The position numbers were made by a program, and so were the translations under genes. From assembly GCA_026418905.1 (NCBI GenBank), contig JAOAAK010000028.1:6433-70432 (forward strand): DNA of 64,000 bases. The letters are read 5' to 3'. The stretch comes from Bacteroidales bacterium. GTDB taxonomy: Bacteria; Bacteroidota; Bacteroidia; Bacteroidales; DTU049. Below the pieces are notes generated by a model that saw nothing but the letters and a program-made list of their open reading frames with translations, ran no database searches and was not told the origin of the DNA. Positions 1-10,061 of this stretch are shown here, piece after piece. The stretch's first letter is position 1. Each line of letters starts with the position of its first letter.

Positions 1-3000
1 ATTTAAATACTCTGATTGAAAACTGTACTATTGGCGCAACAATTTCATCGGATATTGGAAATGGAACATCAGCTGTAAACGGAATTCGTCTTACTTCTCA
101 ATCAGGTTTTATTGTCAGAAAAAATACTATCCGGAATCTAAACGTCACCGGTGGTTCTAACGTGTTCGCCATATATGCTGAAAATGCTGCCGGAAATAAC
201 CTTATCGAGGGCAATTATGTCTACAATATTAGCTCTACATCCACTTCTACATCAGCCGTGCTTCATGGAATTCGTGTTGATGGCGTGGCAGGTTCTTCAA
301 CCAACGTTCAGAATAATCTCATTTATGGGTTCAGTCATGCAATTTCTACACCTTCCACTACCATTGTGGCTCGAGGATTATCTGCAAACGTAGGTACGAC
401 AACCGGCACAGTTAATTTCTACCATAATACCGTACATCTTGATATGAATGCTGCATCATCCAACACTGCTCTTGCTTTGAACAACGGCACGGTCAGAGTG
501 GTAAATAACATTTTTAGTAACCTTTCTGCAACCAACTCTGGTTCCAAACGTTATCTGATTTATCGTTCAGGAGGAACTCTTACTTCTAATTATAACGATT
601 TATACATCCCAGTTGGCACCAATAATTTTGTGGGTTATTTTACAGCAGACCGTGCAACACTTTTAGATTGGCAGACTGCATCCGGACAAGATGCTAATTC
701 CTTTAATACTGACCCTCTCTATACTTCTTTATTTCCTGGTAACTATAATTTCAGGCCAATGAACCCAGACATAGATAACAAAGGAACTTCATCTTTGGGA
801 ATCACGACAGATATTGAAGATCAACCACGTTCTCCAACAAATCCTGACTTGGGAGCATACGAATTTAATGCACCTACCTGCCTTCGTCCCACATCTATTA
901 ACGTGTCTAACATCACTACATCCACTGCTGACGTATCATGGGTAGGCACATCAACTAATTATCAAGTTAGCTATGGTTTATCTCCCATTACTCCTGATTA
1001 TGGAAATAAAATTTATGTCTTTAACAGTTCTACGACTACCTTAACAGGACTTCAGCATTCATCATTTTACGATGTGTATGTGCGTAGTATATGCGGACCT
1101 GGAGACACTAGCATTTGGTTTGGTCCCCTGACGTTTCAGACTGCTTGTGGTGTCTTTAATTTACCTTATCTTCAATTTATCCCCACCTCCTCGTGGCCAC
1201 TATGTTTTACCCAAACTCCTTTAAGTGGTGATCGATGGAATGTAAACAACACTTCCAATGCAGGAGGAACTCCATATGAATTTAGATGTTCATACGTTAA
1301 TGCTAGTGGTACTTCACGTCTAATTAGTCCGTCCCTGGATTTAAGCTCTGCCAACCATCCTTACCTGTCCTTTAGACATTTCTTAGATGATTATTCCTAC
1401 ACATCGACGGCAACCTTGAAAATCCAGTCAAGTTCTGATAACGGCAACACATGGGTCGATGAAGCCATTTTGTACGTAGCAGGCAATGGTCAAAATCGTG
1501 GACCAGAAATTCTCTACATACCCCTTACAAATATCAGTCCAAACACCAAAGTTGCATGGACTATTACTGGGCACCATTATGCCTTTGATTATTGGTATGT
1601 AGATAATATTCGCATTTTCGATGCTGTGTTTCCAACCGTTAATCCTAATCCCTTTATATACTCCCATCTCTTACCCACCCATGCCACCACTTCCATCACA
1701 TGGAACGATGCAACTCAATTGAAATATGTCATCAACCTCAGCGCCAACGATACTCTTGCACCAAATACGGAATTTACGCTGATAGGTAGCCAACTTACTA
1801 TTTTAAATTCTTATCTCCAAAATTATCTACCTAGTCTCAATGATACGATTAACTTCCTCCTTGTATTCAATGTGGGAACTGCCAACTTTATGGTTGTTGA
1901 TCAACCTGTTTATGCTACCATCAATCCCTCCTTTGGGTATTTTAGATTAGGAATTCCTCAAAATGTCGGCACACAAATTACATGGAACCAGGAAAACATG
2001 ATTACATCTATTGTGAATATAGTTACCAATGACACATTGCAAGCCAATTTAGATTATATTTTATCAAGTGACTTTTTGGAATTTCAAGCTTCTTACATCA
2101 GTGCTAATATAGAATTTCGAGATACGCTAAAACTCAGAATTAAATTTAATGAAAGCATTAGCAATTTCTATATCATAGATACTTCTCTTACACCTGAAGT
2201 CTATCCAAACACTTATTATTTCAAGTTTGTGAATCCACTACCTGTTTATTTTAATTTTAACCCAAATGACGCAACAAATATTGACTATATCATCAATCTA
2301 ACTGACAATGATACCCTAGAGCATAATGTTGATTATGAATATACGGTGAATAATTATACGAACTGGGGTTACGTATTAATTTACCACAACTATCTTTCTA
2401 ATTACTTAACCTATCCAAATGATTCTTTGATTCTTAGAGTTAAATTCAATATAGGATATTTCGATATTAAAATTGTTGACAACACTACTTTTGCAAGTAT
2501 TTATCCAACTGTCAGGAATTTCTCTCTTGCTTATCCTCAAAATCTTTTCTTTCAAATTAATCTGAATGATGAACTTTACCTACATCGTATTATCAACACC
2601 ACCAACAATGATACTTTAATGCTATATCACGATTATCTCGTTAGTGGTACAACTCTTTATATTTTCGCTTCATACATAAGTTCTAGGATACAAGCAGGTG
2701 GTCAACTTAATTTGAGTGTTAAATTTAGCACAAGTACTTCCAACATAACTATTAATGAGGTTTCTATTTTACCATACATTTATCCGGATCAAGCCTATTA
2801 CAACATTTCAGTTTTAAACAACGTAAAATCTCGTATAATATGGAACGATGCTTCCTATGTCCTTAAAGTCAAAAACCTTTCCAATAATTCCTTCTTGCAA
2901 GATCCTGATTACGACGTCATCGGCGACACCCTCTTCATCAACGCTTCCTACCTCTCCTCCATCTTCACCTCGTCCGGTCAAACCAAAGCCTTCGAAATTA

Positions 3001-4124
3001 CCTTCAACATTGGAAAAGATACTCTCTTCATCACATCTAAACAATCTCCCTATATCGATCCCAATCCGATGGTTTATTACTATCAAATTCCAAGCGAACT
3101 GCGTGGCAAAATCTTCTGGAATGACGCATCCTCCATCACCTCTATCCACGAAAATCCATCCAACCCTCTCGTCCTCAACCAGCATTACAAAATCTCTAAC
3201 GACACCCTCATCTTCCTGCCATCCTACCTCACTTCCAGATTCACAGGTGTCGATACCGCTCATCTGACAGTGGTCTTTAACACAAGCAACTATAATCTAA
3301 CCATTTATAGTAAAAAAACTATTTTACCTGCTTACGTCAATCCTAGCAATACCACTTTCGACTTAAGTTTAAACAAGCCTGCCAGAACTAACATTTTCTG
3401 GAACGATGCTTCCTATGTCCTTAAAGTCAAAAACCTTTCCAATAATTCCTTCTTGCAAGATCCTGACTTCGACGTCATCGGCGACACCCTCTTCATCAAC
3501 GCTTCCTACCTCTTCTCCATCTTCACTTCGTCCGGTCAAACCAAAGCCTTCGAAATCACCTTTGATATCGGAAAAGATACGCTATTCATCACATCCAAAC
3601 AGTCTCCCTACATCACCCCTAACCCTATGGTTTATTACTACGAAGTTCCAAGTGAACTACGTGGCATAATTTCCTGGAACGACGCTTCTTCCATCACCTC
3701 CATCTACGAAAATCCATCCAATCCTCTCGTTCTTGGCCAGCATTACGAAATCTCTGTCGACACGCTCATTTTCCTGCCATCTTACCTTAGCGCAAGATTT
3801 ACTAGCAATGATACTGTCGACTACACCATCATCTTTAATACAGACAATTATGTCCTGAGAATCATCAGCACTAAGTTTACCAACGTAGAAAATTACGAAG
3901 CTATTGTCCGTCTTTATCCTAATCCTGCTAGCGAAGAAATTTCGGTAGAGGTTCCCCAAGAAGCTAACGTTGAGATTTGGAACATCGTAGGACAGCTTAT
4001 CATGTCGGCACGGGTTGAACAACGTTCAACTTTCAACATTTCCCATTTGCAAGAAGGAACGTATTTTATGAAAGTAAATAGCACTGGATTTACTAAAACC
4101 CTGCCTTTCATCATCAAAAGATAA
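1..4124 (+). CDS. Giant T9SS-secreted surface protein with its 5' end outside the window. Contains parallel beta-helix-like repeats, an FN3-like domain, a MAM/choice-of-anchor-J-like jelly roll, 8 x ~93-aa X2-like modules and a type A T9SS C-terminal sorting domain
   Basis: Frame 3 is open from nt 3 (LNTLIENCTIGATISS...), so the GTG at 162 in the ORF track is internal. The N-terminus has NNxI-type beta-helix repeats. The C-terminal tail LYPNPASEEISVEV...GTYFMKV...FIIKR is typical of Por/T9SS cargo. The stop at 4122-4124 is followed by a hairpin terminator. Confidence 0.8.
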   Translation, partial: LNTLIENCTIGATISSDIGNGTSAVNGIRLTSQSGFIVRKNTIRNLNVTGGSNVFAIYAENAAGNNLIEGNYVYNISSTSTSTSAVLHGIRVDGVAGSSTNVQNNLIYGFSHAISTPSTTIVARGLSANVGTTTGTVNFYHNTVHLDMNAASSNTALALNNGTVRVVNNIFSNLSATNSGSKRYLIYRSGGTLTSNYNDLYIPVGTNNFVGYFTADRATLLDWQTASGQDANSFNTDPLYTSLFPGNYNFRPMNPDIDNKGTSSLGITTDIEDQPRSPTNPDLGAYEFNAPTCLRPTSINVSNITTSTADVSWVGTSTNYQVSYGLSPITPDYGNKIYVFNSSTTTLTGLQHSSFYDVYVRSICGPGDTSIWFGPLTFQTACGVFNLPYLQFIPTSSWPLCFTQTPLSGDRWNVNNTSNAGGTPYEFRCSYVNASGTSRLISPSLDLSSANHPYLSFRHFLDDYSYTSTATLKIQSSSDNGNTWVDEAILYVAGNGQNRGPEILYIPLTNISPNTKVAWTITGHHYAFDYWYVDNIRIFDAVFPTVNPNPFIYSHLLPTHATTSITWNDATQLKYVINLSANDTLAPNTEFTLIGSQLTILNSYLQNYLPSLNDTINFLLVFNVGTANFMVVDQPVYATINPSFGYFRLGIPQNVGTQITWNQENMITSIVNIVTNDTLQANLDYILSSDFLEFQASYISANIEFRDTLKLRIKFNESISNFYIIDTSLTPEVYPNTYYFKFVNPLPVYFNFNPNDATNIDYIINLTDNDTLEHNVDYEYTVNNYTNWGYVLIYHNYLSNYLTYPNDSLILRVKFNIGYFDIKIVDNTTFASIYPTVRNFSLAYPQNLFFQINLNDELYLHRIINTTNNDTLMLYHDYLVSGTTLYIFASYISSRIQAGGQLNLSVKFSTSTSNITINEVSILPYIYPDQAYYNISVLNNVKSRIIWNDASYVLKVKNLSNNSFLQDPDYDVIGDTLFINASYLSSIFTSSGQTKAFEITFNIGKDTLFITSKQSPYIDPNPMVYYYQIPSELRGKIFWNDASSITSIHENPSNPLVLNQHYKISNDTLIFLPSYLTSRFTGVDTAHLTVVFNTSNYNLTIYSKKTILPAYVNPSNTTFDLSLNKPARTNIFWNDASYVLKVKNLSNNSFLQDPDFDVIGDTLFINASYLFSIFTSSGQTKAFEITFDIGKDTLFITSKQSPYITPNPMVYYYEVPSELRGIISWNDASSITSIYENPSNPLVLGQHYEISVDTLIFLPSYLSARFTSNDTVDYTIIFNTDNYVLRIISTKFTNVENYEAIVRLYPNPASEEISVEVPQEANVEIWNIVGQLIMSARVEQRSTFNISHLQEGTYFMKVNSTGFTKTLPFIIKR
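1626..3870 (+). repeat. Array of eight in-frame ~276-298 nt (~93 aa) modules inside the adhesin gene
   Basis: Module starts recur at about 1636, 1912, 2192, 2490, 2770, 3046, 3330 and 3605 (motif xYP/NP...). Each module carries a (I/F)WND(A)...I.N...N..L...DY...(G)..L.I...YL...F motif, which resembles CBM_X2-type Ig-like modules. That assignment is from memory of the profile and is unverified. Confidence 0.7.
2841..3870 (+). repeat. Tandem in-frame duplication of a two-module unit. The period is 558 nt, with copy A at 2841-3398 and copy B at 3399-~3870
   Basis: By-eye alignment shows the first ~163 nt of the two copies differ at 5 positions, and the remainder is roughly 80 percent identical. 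Both copies are C-rich relative to the flanking modules. Confidence 0.85.
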
Positions 4125-4143
4125 TTTCACCATCTTCAGCTCC

Positions 4144-4170
4144 AAAGCCTCCTCTAGGGAGGCTTTTTTT
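4144..4170 (+). terminator. Rho-independent terminator downstream of the adhesin gene
   Basis: Stem aaagcctcc (4144-4152) pairs with ggaggcttt (4158-4166) around a 5-nt loop, running into a T7 tract (4164-4170). Confidence 0.8.
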
Positions 4171-4362
4171 ATTCATATCTACAATAACATGATTTGTCAT
4201 CTTCATGTGATAAATGTCATTGAATATATCATATCAAATTTGAGGTTTTATTTTTGTACGGATCAATAAGAAAAATTCTATGTTTTATTTGGCATTGAAT
4301 CATGTTTTTACAAGATTAAATCATCCTATGATTAAAATGATAATTTTTTTACAATCAAAAAT

Positions 4363-5433
4363 ATGAAAGCAAGAACCGTTCTGATTTATTTATTTTTGAG
4401 TCCTTTTGCTCTTATGTCGCAAAACTACTGTCTTCGTTTCTTTGGAAATGGTCAAAACGACATCGATCGAGTAAAAATTGCTTTAGATAGTCCTCATAAG
4501 TCCATCGATGTAGGCGAAAGCTTTACGATAGAATTTCAGCTCAAAGCTACAGCAGTAGAAAACCCACTTGGTGCAAATGCAACCGAAGGACATAACGACG
4601 ACTGGACATTGGGGCATGTCATCATTGACCGCGATATCTTCGGCCCAGGTGATCACGGAGATTATGGAATCTCTTTGGCAGGAGGAAGAATAGCTTTTGG
4701 CGTGAACAATGGTTCTCAATCATACACACTTATTAGCAATACCATTCTGACCGACGGCATATGGCACCATGTAGCAGTCACTCGCCGTCACACCAACGGC
4801 GAAATGAACATTTTTATTGACGGAATTCTTGATAAAAGTTTCATTTCCGGCATCACAGGTGATATCAGTTATCGTGACAACAGAACCACTCAATGGCCCA
4901 ATGATCCATACCTGGTCATCGGAGCTGAAAAACATGATTATGACAACTCCACCTATCCATCCTTCAGTGGAATGTTAGACGAAATTCGCATCTCAAACAA
5001 GGTCCGATATCATTCCAATTATACACCTCAATTGATGCTAACGTGCGATTCAATAACCATAGCCTTATATCACTTAGATGAAGGCCAAGGACTTCTTATT
5101 AATGATGCCTGCAATCCCAATCAAACAGACCTGCAAGGGACCATCTATTATGGTGGGAATCCTGCCGGACCCGTATGGATGATCAAGGATTTTACCCCTA
5201 CACATTTAGCAAACCAAACTCAAAAAATTGATTCATTTTATTTTTCGGTTAACCCGTTTTTAGGTGAAATGATTTTTTCAAATGCCCCGAACAAAGAAAT
5301 TTTGTTTTTTGATTCTTCAGGAAAACTCATTCTTGCCCAAAAGCAAAAAAAGATCAATATTCAACACCTACATCCTGGTATCTATCTAGTAAAGTTTGAT
5401 GACGTTGCTATCACCTTCGTCAAAACTTTTTAA
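4363..5433 (+). CDS. LamG/concanavalin-A-like lectin domain protein with a T9SS type A C-terminal domain
   Basis: Signal peptide MKARTVLIYLFLSPFALMSQ. The LamG-like core contains WHHVAVTR...IFIDG...FSGMLDEIRISN. The C-terminal ~70 aa (FSVNPFLGEMIF...GIYLVKFDD) looks like a T9SS sorting tail. Confidence 0.7.
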   Translation: MKARTVLIYLFLSPFALMSQNYCLRFFGNGQNDIDRVKIALDSPHKSIDVGESFTIEFQLKATAVENPLGANATEGHNDDWTLGHVIIDRDIFGPGDHGDYGISLAGGRIAFGVNNGSQSYTLISNTILTDGIWHHVAVTRRHTNGEMNIFIDGILDKSFISGITGDISYRDNRTTQWPNDPYLVIGAEKHDYDNSTYPSFSGMLDEIRISNKVRYHSNYTPQLMLTCDSITIALYHLDEGQGLLINDACNPNQTDLQGTIYYGGNPAGPVWMIKDFTPTHLANQTQKIDSFYFSVNPFLGEMIFSNAPNKEILFFDSSGKLILAQKQKKINIQHLHPGIYLVKFDDVAITFVKTF

Positions 5434-5890
5434 AAAATAGCATTTGCTATATGAAACAATTTTTCAAACCTCCATTCGTTTATTTAATAAAATTCATGAA
5501 GCACGTATACAATTATAGTAAAAAAATTTTGTCACATCAAATGGTATGCCTACTTGTTTTGCAGTACGCTGCTATTCAATATTACTGTTTGAGAAAAAGT
5601 CGAGCATTTTGGTTTCTTCCTAATTAAAGCTAAAAAGCAAAATAACTTAAAAAACTTCGAGCTACTGAATATAATTAAGGTGAACTTTCTATCTTGCTTA
5701 TGTCACCATTTAATACTTTTAAACTTTTTTCATTGCCATAAAATTCTATTTCTGCTATCCGAGGTAAATAAAAGATTCATCATAAACTTTTCTTAATTAC
5801 AACAAAATCATGGGAGCTATAGAAAGTTACCACTTTACATTCTCCATCGCAATTAAGAAGCGGTATAAGGTAAGTAGTTTTTATTATGAC

Positions 5891-6574
5891 TCAAAGAGTT
5901 CTAAACGTAGCAATCCTTGAGAAAACTCCCCATACACGATCACCTTTTTTAACAAGTGGTTGAGCAGATGTCGGTAGGAAAATATCTACTCGACTACCAA
6001 ACTTGATGAAACCTAATTCATCACCTCGACGAACCTGTTGGCCAGACCGAACCAAAGGAACAATTCGCCTTGCAATCAGGCCAGCTACTTCACGAACGAG
6101 AATCCTACCATAAGGACTATCCTGCCAATATTCTACATGTTCATTTATCAAAGATGATTTAGCACTAAAAGCAGCTAAATGTTTTCCTGCCCGATGAGTT
6201 ACACTAAGAATTTTACCATCCACAGGTACATAATTCAAATGTACATCCCAAAGACGCATGAAAATAGAAATTTGCCATGCTTTTCCGTCTGGCATATTTT
6301 CGCAATCTACTTGTTCACACACCACAACTTTACCATCGGCAGGGCAGATGATATCATCATTTTCAACATCTGGTAAGACTTTCCGTTCTGGATAACGAAA
6401 AAAAAACCTAACCAAGTAAGGCAAAACAAAAAAAACACTCATTCCTACTATCGAAAAAACCGGAGGTAAAAACCAATAACACAATACCATACCTAGCAAA
6501 CTAAGAATAATCGCGATTGAAAAAAATTTTTTACCAACAGGATGAATTCTCACCATATTATGTGATTTTTCCAT
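5891..6574 (-). CDS. psd: Phosphatidylserine decarboxylase proenzyme (small Bacteroidota type)
   Basis: Two N-terminal TM helices and the C-terminal FGSRVDIFLP self-cleavage motif region. It sits directly downstream of cdsA. An alternative ATG lies at 6556. Confidence 0.85.
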   Translation of the reverse strand: MEKSHNMVRIHPVGKKFFSIAIILSLLGMVLCYWFLPPVFSIVGMSVFFVLPYLVRFFFRYPERKVLPDVENDDIICPADGKVVVCEQVDCENMPDGKAWQISIFMRLWDVHLNYVPVDGKILSVTHRAGKHLAAFSAKSSLINEHVEYWQDSPYGRILVREVAGLIARRIVPLVRSGQQVRRGDELGFIKFGSRVDIFLPTSAQPLVKKGDRVWGVFSRIATFRTL

Positions 6575-7419
6575 AAAACATAAGGAACATAAACCATCGA
6601 TACCATCAAAAGGCTATCAAGCCGATCTAAAACACCTCCATGACCAGGCAAGATGTTTCCACTGTCTTTTACTTGAACAGTACGTTTAAGCCTAGATTCA
6701 AATAAATCGCCCAAAGTAGCCAAAATCAATATTACCGTAGTAACAACCAACACCTCAGGCAAGAGCTCTAAACTGTGCCAATATGTATATGCTCCTGTCC
6801 CTAAGAGAGTAATGAACGCACCTCCAAGAGTTCCCTCCCATGTTTTGGATGGTGAAATACGAGCAACAAGCAAATGTTTTCCTCCCACGCTCCCAACTAT
6901 ATAGGCAAAAGTATCATAACTCCATACGACCAACAACACATACATTAATTCATTATAAAATATTTCATGCTGATTTACTGATAAAAAAGCTAAACCTTGT
7001 AAAGAAAAAATCACATAAACAAAAGTCAACATCAAAAAAGCAAAATACTTCATCAAATCTATATCCGCTTGCCAAAAAACAAAAACAATGAAATAAAACA
7101 GAGATAAAGCCAACACAAGAAAGATTTCAACTTGCCACATTTTCAAATACAACTCAAAAATGGAGATTTCAACAGATACACCTTTCCAAAATAACAGAAA
7201 ACCCATCCAGACCCATGATAAAAACACAATAACTCCCACAATTCTTGCATTACTATTCTCTATTTTAAGCAAACGTGCAAGCTCCAACACAGATAAAACG
7301 GCAAAAAAACCTGTGATCATCCACAAAAGATGAGGGGAAAATAGGGCCGCCACTAACCACAATCCGGCATATACCAAACCAGTTAAACTACGCAAAGCAA
7401 AGTCATTAAGTCTCTTCAT
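6550..7419 (-). CDS. cdsA: Phosphatidate cytidylyltransferase (CDP-diglyceride synthase)
   Basis: A polytopic membrane protein carrying the CdsA signature SRLKRTVQVKDSGNILPGHGGVLDRLDS. Confidence 0.9.
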   Translation of the reverse strand: MKRLNDFALRSLTGLVYAGLWLVAALFSPHLLWMITGFFAVLSVLELARLLKIENSNARIVGVIVFLSWVWMGFLLFWKGVSVEISIFELYLKMWQVEIFLVLALSLFYFIVFVFWQADIDLMKYFAFLMLTFVYVIFSLQGLAFLSVNQHEIFYNELMYVLLVVWSYDTFAYIVGSVGGKHLLVARISPSKTWEGTLGGAFITLLGTGAYTYWHSLELLPEVLVVTTVILILATLGDLFESRLKRTVQVKDSGNILPGHGGVLDRLDSLLMVSMVYVPYVLWKNHIIW

Positions 7420-8044
7420 ATAAAAAAACGATCAAACGCTTAGATGCTTGAGCACCTAAAACAATCTCTTTTTCGATGTCTGCTGTTCTAGAAGGCCCAG
7501 TAATAAAAGTTACCAAGGATGGATATCGATTGCGGTATTTTGATGTCAACCTCAAGAGTGCATCTTCTATATCGTAAACCACTTGATTAGTTCTTGCAAC
7601 GATGACCAAAACGTCGTTGGTAAAAAGAGCTCTTCTGCCAGTGCTCAAAAAGCTACTCATCACCACACTGCCTGTTCGAGCGCAAAGGAATTCACATTCA
7701 GCTATAGTTACCTCGTTGACAGAAAGATCGTCCTTCTCATTAAGTATGATGTACGACTGAGTATTAAACAAAGATAGCAATTCATCGTTGGTACAATAAA
7801 CGTTAGTAACTTTCAATCTATTCAATAAAGAATTTATTGCTAAACTTAATTCCTGAACTGATTCTGCATAATAAAATTCACCATTGGCATTTAACAAATT
7901 TTGAGCAAATTGAATTAAAATATCGTCTTCATCCTGAACAAAATGATTGCGAATATCTTCCAGGGGTAAATACACTCTTTCTTCATCGTGAGGATAATTA
8001 AAATGTCGAAAAAATAAATCTCTTGTTATTTTGCTTTTACTCAT
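7406..8044 (-). CDS. LUD-domain (LutC/YkgG-like) protein
   Basis: The C-terminal motif ITGPSRTADIEKEIVLGAQ is typical of the LUD/DUF162 family. LutA and LutB are not adjacent. Confidence 0.65.
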   Translation of the reverse strand: MSKSKITRDLFFRHFNYPHDEERVYLPLEDIRNHFVQDEDDILIQFAQNLLNANGEFYYAESVQELSLAINSLLNRLKVTNVYCTNDELLSLFNTQSYIILNEKDDLSVNEVTIAECEFLCARTGSVVMSSFLSTGRRALFTNDVLVIVARTNQVVYDIEDALLRLTSKYRNRYPSLVTFITGPSRTADIEKEIVLGAQASKRLIVFLYEET

Positions 8045-8102
8045 GCATACAAGTTAACACCAAAAAAACAAAGATCTTTTATGAAAGACATGGAACATCT
8101 GA

Positions 8103-10061
8103 CTATAACTGTTCTGTGGAGATTTTTTGATCGATGAAAGGCCTGGGGCCTAAAATCTGTTCCAAGTCTTCACGATAGAGAATCTGTTTTTCATAAAGCA
8201 TGTTGCCAAGTTTTCTAACTTGATCTGCATGCTCGATAAGAATCTGTTTTGCCCGATCATAAGCAGAAGCTATAAGCTTTGAAACTTCTTCATCTATGAT
8301 TTGAGCCGTTTTTTCTGAATAAGGTTTAGAGAATAGATATTCTTGAGAATTGGTTGAATCATAATAACTCAGATTCTTTAGTTTATCGCTCAATCCAAAA
8401 TAAGCTACAGAGGCGTAAGCTTGTTTCGTAGCACGTTCAAGATCGTTAAGTGCACCTGTAGATACAGTTCCAATAAAGACCTCTTCTGCTGCTCTTCCAC
8501 CAAGCAAACTGACCAGTTCGTCAAATATTTGCTCACGGGTTGCTAACTGACGTTCTTCAGGTTGATACCAAGAAGCCCCTAGTGATTTGCCTCGTGGAAC
8601 AATAGTTACCTTGATGAGTGGATGTCCATGAGGAGTAAACCAACTAACGACAGCATGACCTGTTTCATGGAAAGCGACCATGCGTTTTTCGTTCTCAGTA
8701 ACGATCTTATTTTTCTTTTCAAGTCCTGCCACTACGCGGTCAATGGCATCTTGAAAATCCTGAACGTCGATAGCATCCTTGTTTTTACGAGCAGCAATAA
8801 GAGCAGCTTCGTTACAAACATTAGCAATGTCAGCACCACTGAAACCTGGAGTTTGTTTAGCCAAAAATTCTGCAGATACATCAGGTGAAAGCTTAAGTGG
8901 ACGCATATGAACCTTAAAGATCTCTTCACGTTCCTTGAGTTCTGGAAGATCAACATAAATGATTCTATCAAATCTTCCTGGGCGCAATAACGCTTTATCA
9001 AGAATATCCACACGATTGGTCGCACCCATTACAATAATACCGGAATTGGTTGAAAAGCCGTCCATTTCAGCAAGAAGTTGATTTAGTGTGCTTTCTCTTT
9101 CGTCGTTGGCTCCACTGATGTTAAATTTACCTCTTGCACGACCTACGGCGTCAATTTCATCTATGAAAACGATGCATGGAGCTTTTTCTTTGGCTTGTTT
9201 GAACAAATCACGCACACGTGATGCCCCAACGCCCACGAACATTTCTACGAAATCCGAACCGCTGATACTAAAAAAAGGAACTTGTGCTTCACCAGCAACC
9301 GCACGGGCAAGCAGTGTTTTTCCCGTACCAGGTGGCCCTGCTAGCAAAACTCCTTTGGGTACCTTTCCACCCAGCCGTGCGTATTTCTGAGGGTTTTTTA
9401 GAAAATCTACTATCTCCTGGACTTCCATTTTCACCTCATCCATCCCGGCAACATCTTCAAATGTCACATTGACATGCATCCCCTTTTCAAGTAGCGTAGG
9501 ACGTGATTTTCCAAAATTGAAAATGTTACCAGGACCACCACCTCCTTGACTACGAGCTATCCCTCTGAAAAGAACAATCCAGATAATAATAAAAATCAAT
9601 ATAGGCAAAACCCAATACAGAAAAAAATCCCTAACCCAATTGACCCTTTCCTCAGGCACCAACACAATTCCTTTCTGACTAGCTAAAAGATCCTTCTCGG
9701 CTGGAGTTTTACCTATGGTATCCTGACGAAATTGGTCCTCAATTACTGCATTTACCTGATTTTCAAAGGCTTCGGGAGTAAGAAATTTGTAGGTATAATG
9801 AGGTCCTTTGTAACTACTGCTTTCTCTACCCGCAGCATCTTCAAACTCCTTTTGACGTAAGGCTTCAGGTTTAATAAAAATCTCAGCAAACTCTTTGTTA
9901 ACAACAACAATTTTTTCGACATGCTTGTTGCGTATAGCTTGTTCCAGCTTTTTCCATGTAAGTTCAGGAACTTTGACGTCGTTGCGCATGAAAAGGAGGT
10001 AAACCATAAAAAGAATAAAAGCAGCATATAACCAGTAAGGACTAAATTTAATTTTTTTCAT
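8103..10061 (-). CDS. ftsH: ATP-dependent zinc metalloprotease FtsH
   Basis: Walker A GPPGTGKT, Walker B IVFIDEID, an SRH region and the zinc site HETGHA, with two N-terminal TM segments. Confidence 0.95.
   Translation of the reverse strand: MKKIKFSPYWLYAAFILFMVYLLFMRNDVKVPELTWKKLEQAIRNKHVEKIVVVNKEFAEIFIKPEALRQKEFEDAAGRESSSYKGPHYTYKFLTPEAFENQVNAVIEDQFRQDTIGKTPAEKDLLASQKGIVLVPEERVNWVRDFFLYWVLPILIFIIIWIVLFRGIARSQGGGGPGNIFNFGKSRPTLLEKGMHVNVTFEDVAGMDEVKMEVQEIVDFLKNPQKYARLGGKVPKGVLLAGPPGTGKTLLARAVAGEAQVPFFSISGSDFVEMFVGVGASRVRDLFKQAKEKAPCIVFIDEIDAVGRARGKFNISGANDERESTLNQLLAEMDGFSTNSGIIVMGATNRVDILDKALLRPGRFDRIIYVDLPELKEREEIFKVHMRPLKLSPDVSAEFLAKQTPGFSGADIANVCNEAALIAARKNKDAIDVQDFQDAIDRVVAGLEKKNKIVTENEKRMVAFHETGHAVVSWFTPHGHPLIKVTIVPRGKSLGASWYQPEERQLATREQIFDELVSLLGGRAAEEVFIGTVSTGALNDLERATKQAYASVAYFGLSDKLKNLSYYDSTNSQEYLFSKPYSEKTAQIIDEEVSKLIASAYDRAKQILIEHADQVRKLGNMLYEKQILYREDLEQILGPRPFIDQKISTEQL

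Noticed and set aside
2841-3870. The possibility that the near-identical repeats are a template/variable repeat pair of a diversity-generating retroelement.
   Set aside because: The mismatches between the copies are mostly T/C transitions and are not confined to adenines. The copies are in-frame parts of one ORF, and no reverse transcriptase gene is present in the window.
2814-4022. Long alternative-frame and antisense ORFs inside the adhesin gene: 2848-3267 (+, 139 aa, Pro/Ser-rich), 3406-3669 (+), 2814-3263 (-, 149 aa) and 3657-4022 (-).
   Set aside because: They coincide exactly with the C-rich, stop-poor duplicated segment and recur in both copies. Their low-complexity composition is what the off-frames of a C-rich coding strand would produce. 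The main frame carries the conserved module motifs and the T9SS tail.
5496-5630. A 44-codon ORF in the LamG-psd gap whose QYYCLR motif echoes the LamG N-terminus, which might make it a pseudogene remnant.
   Set aside because: The similarity is only ~11 of 17 nt over the best stretch and a few residues at the protein level, which could be chance in AT-rich DNA. I keep it only as a remark under the intergenic-gap finding.
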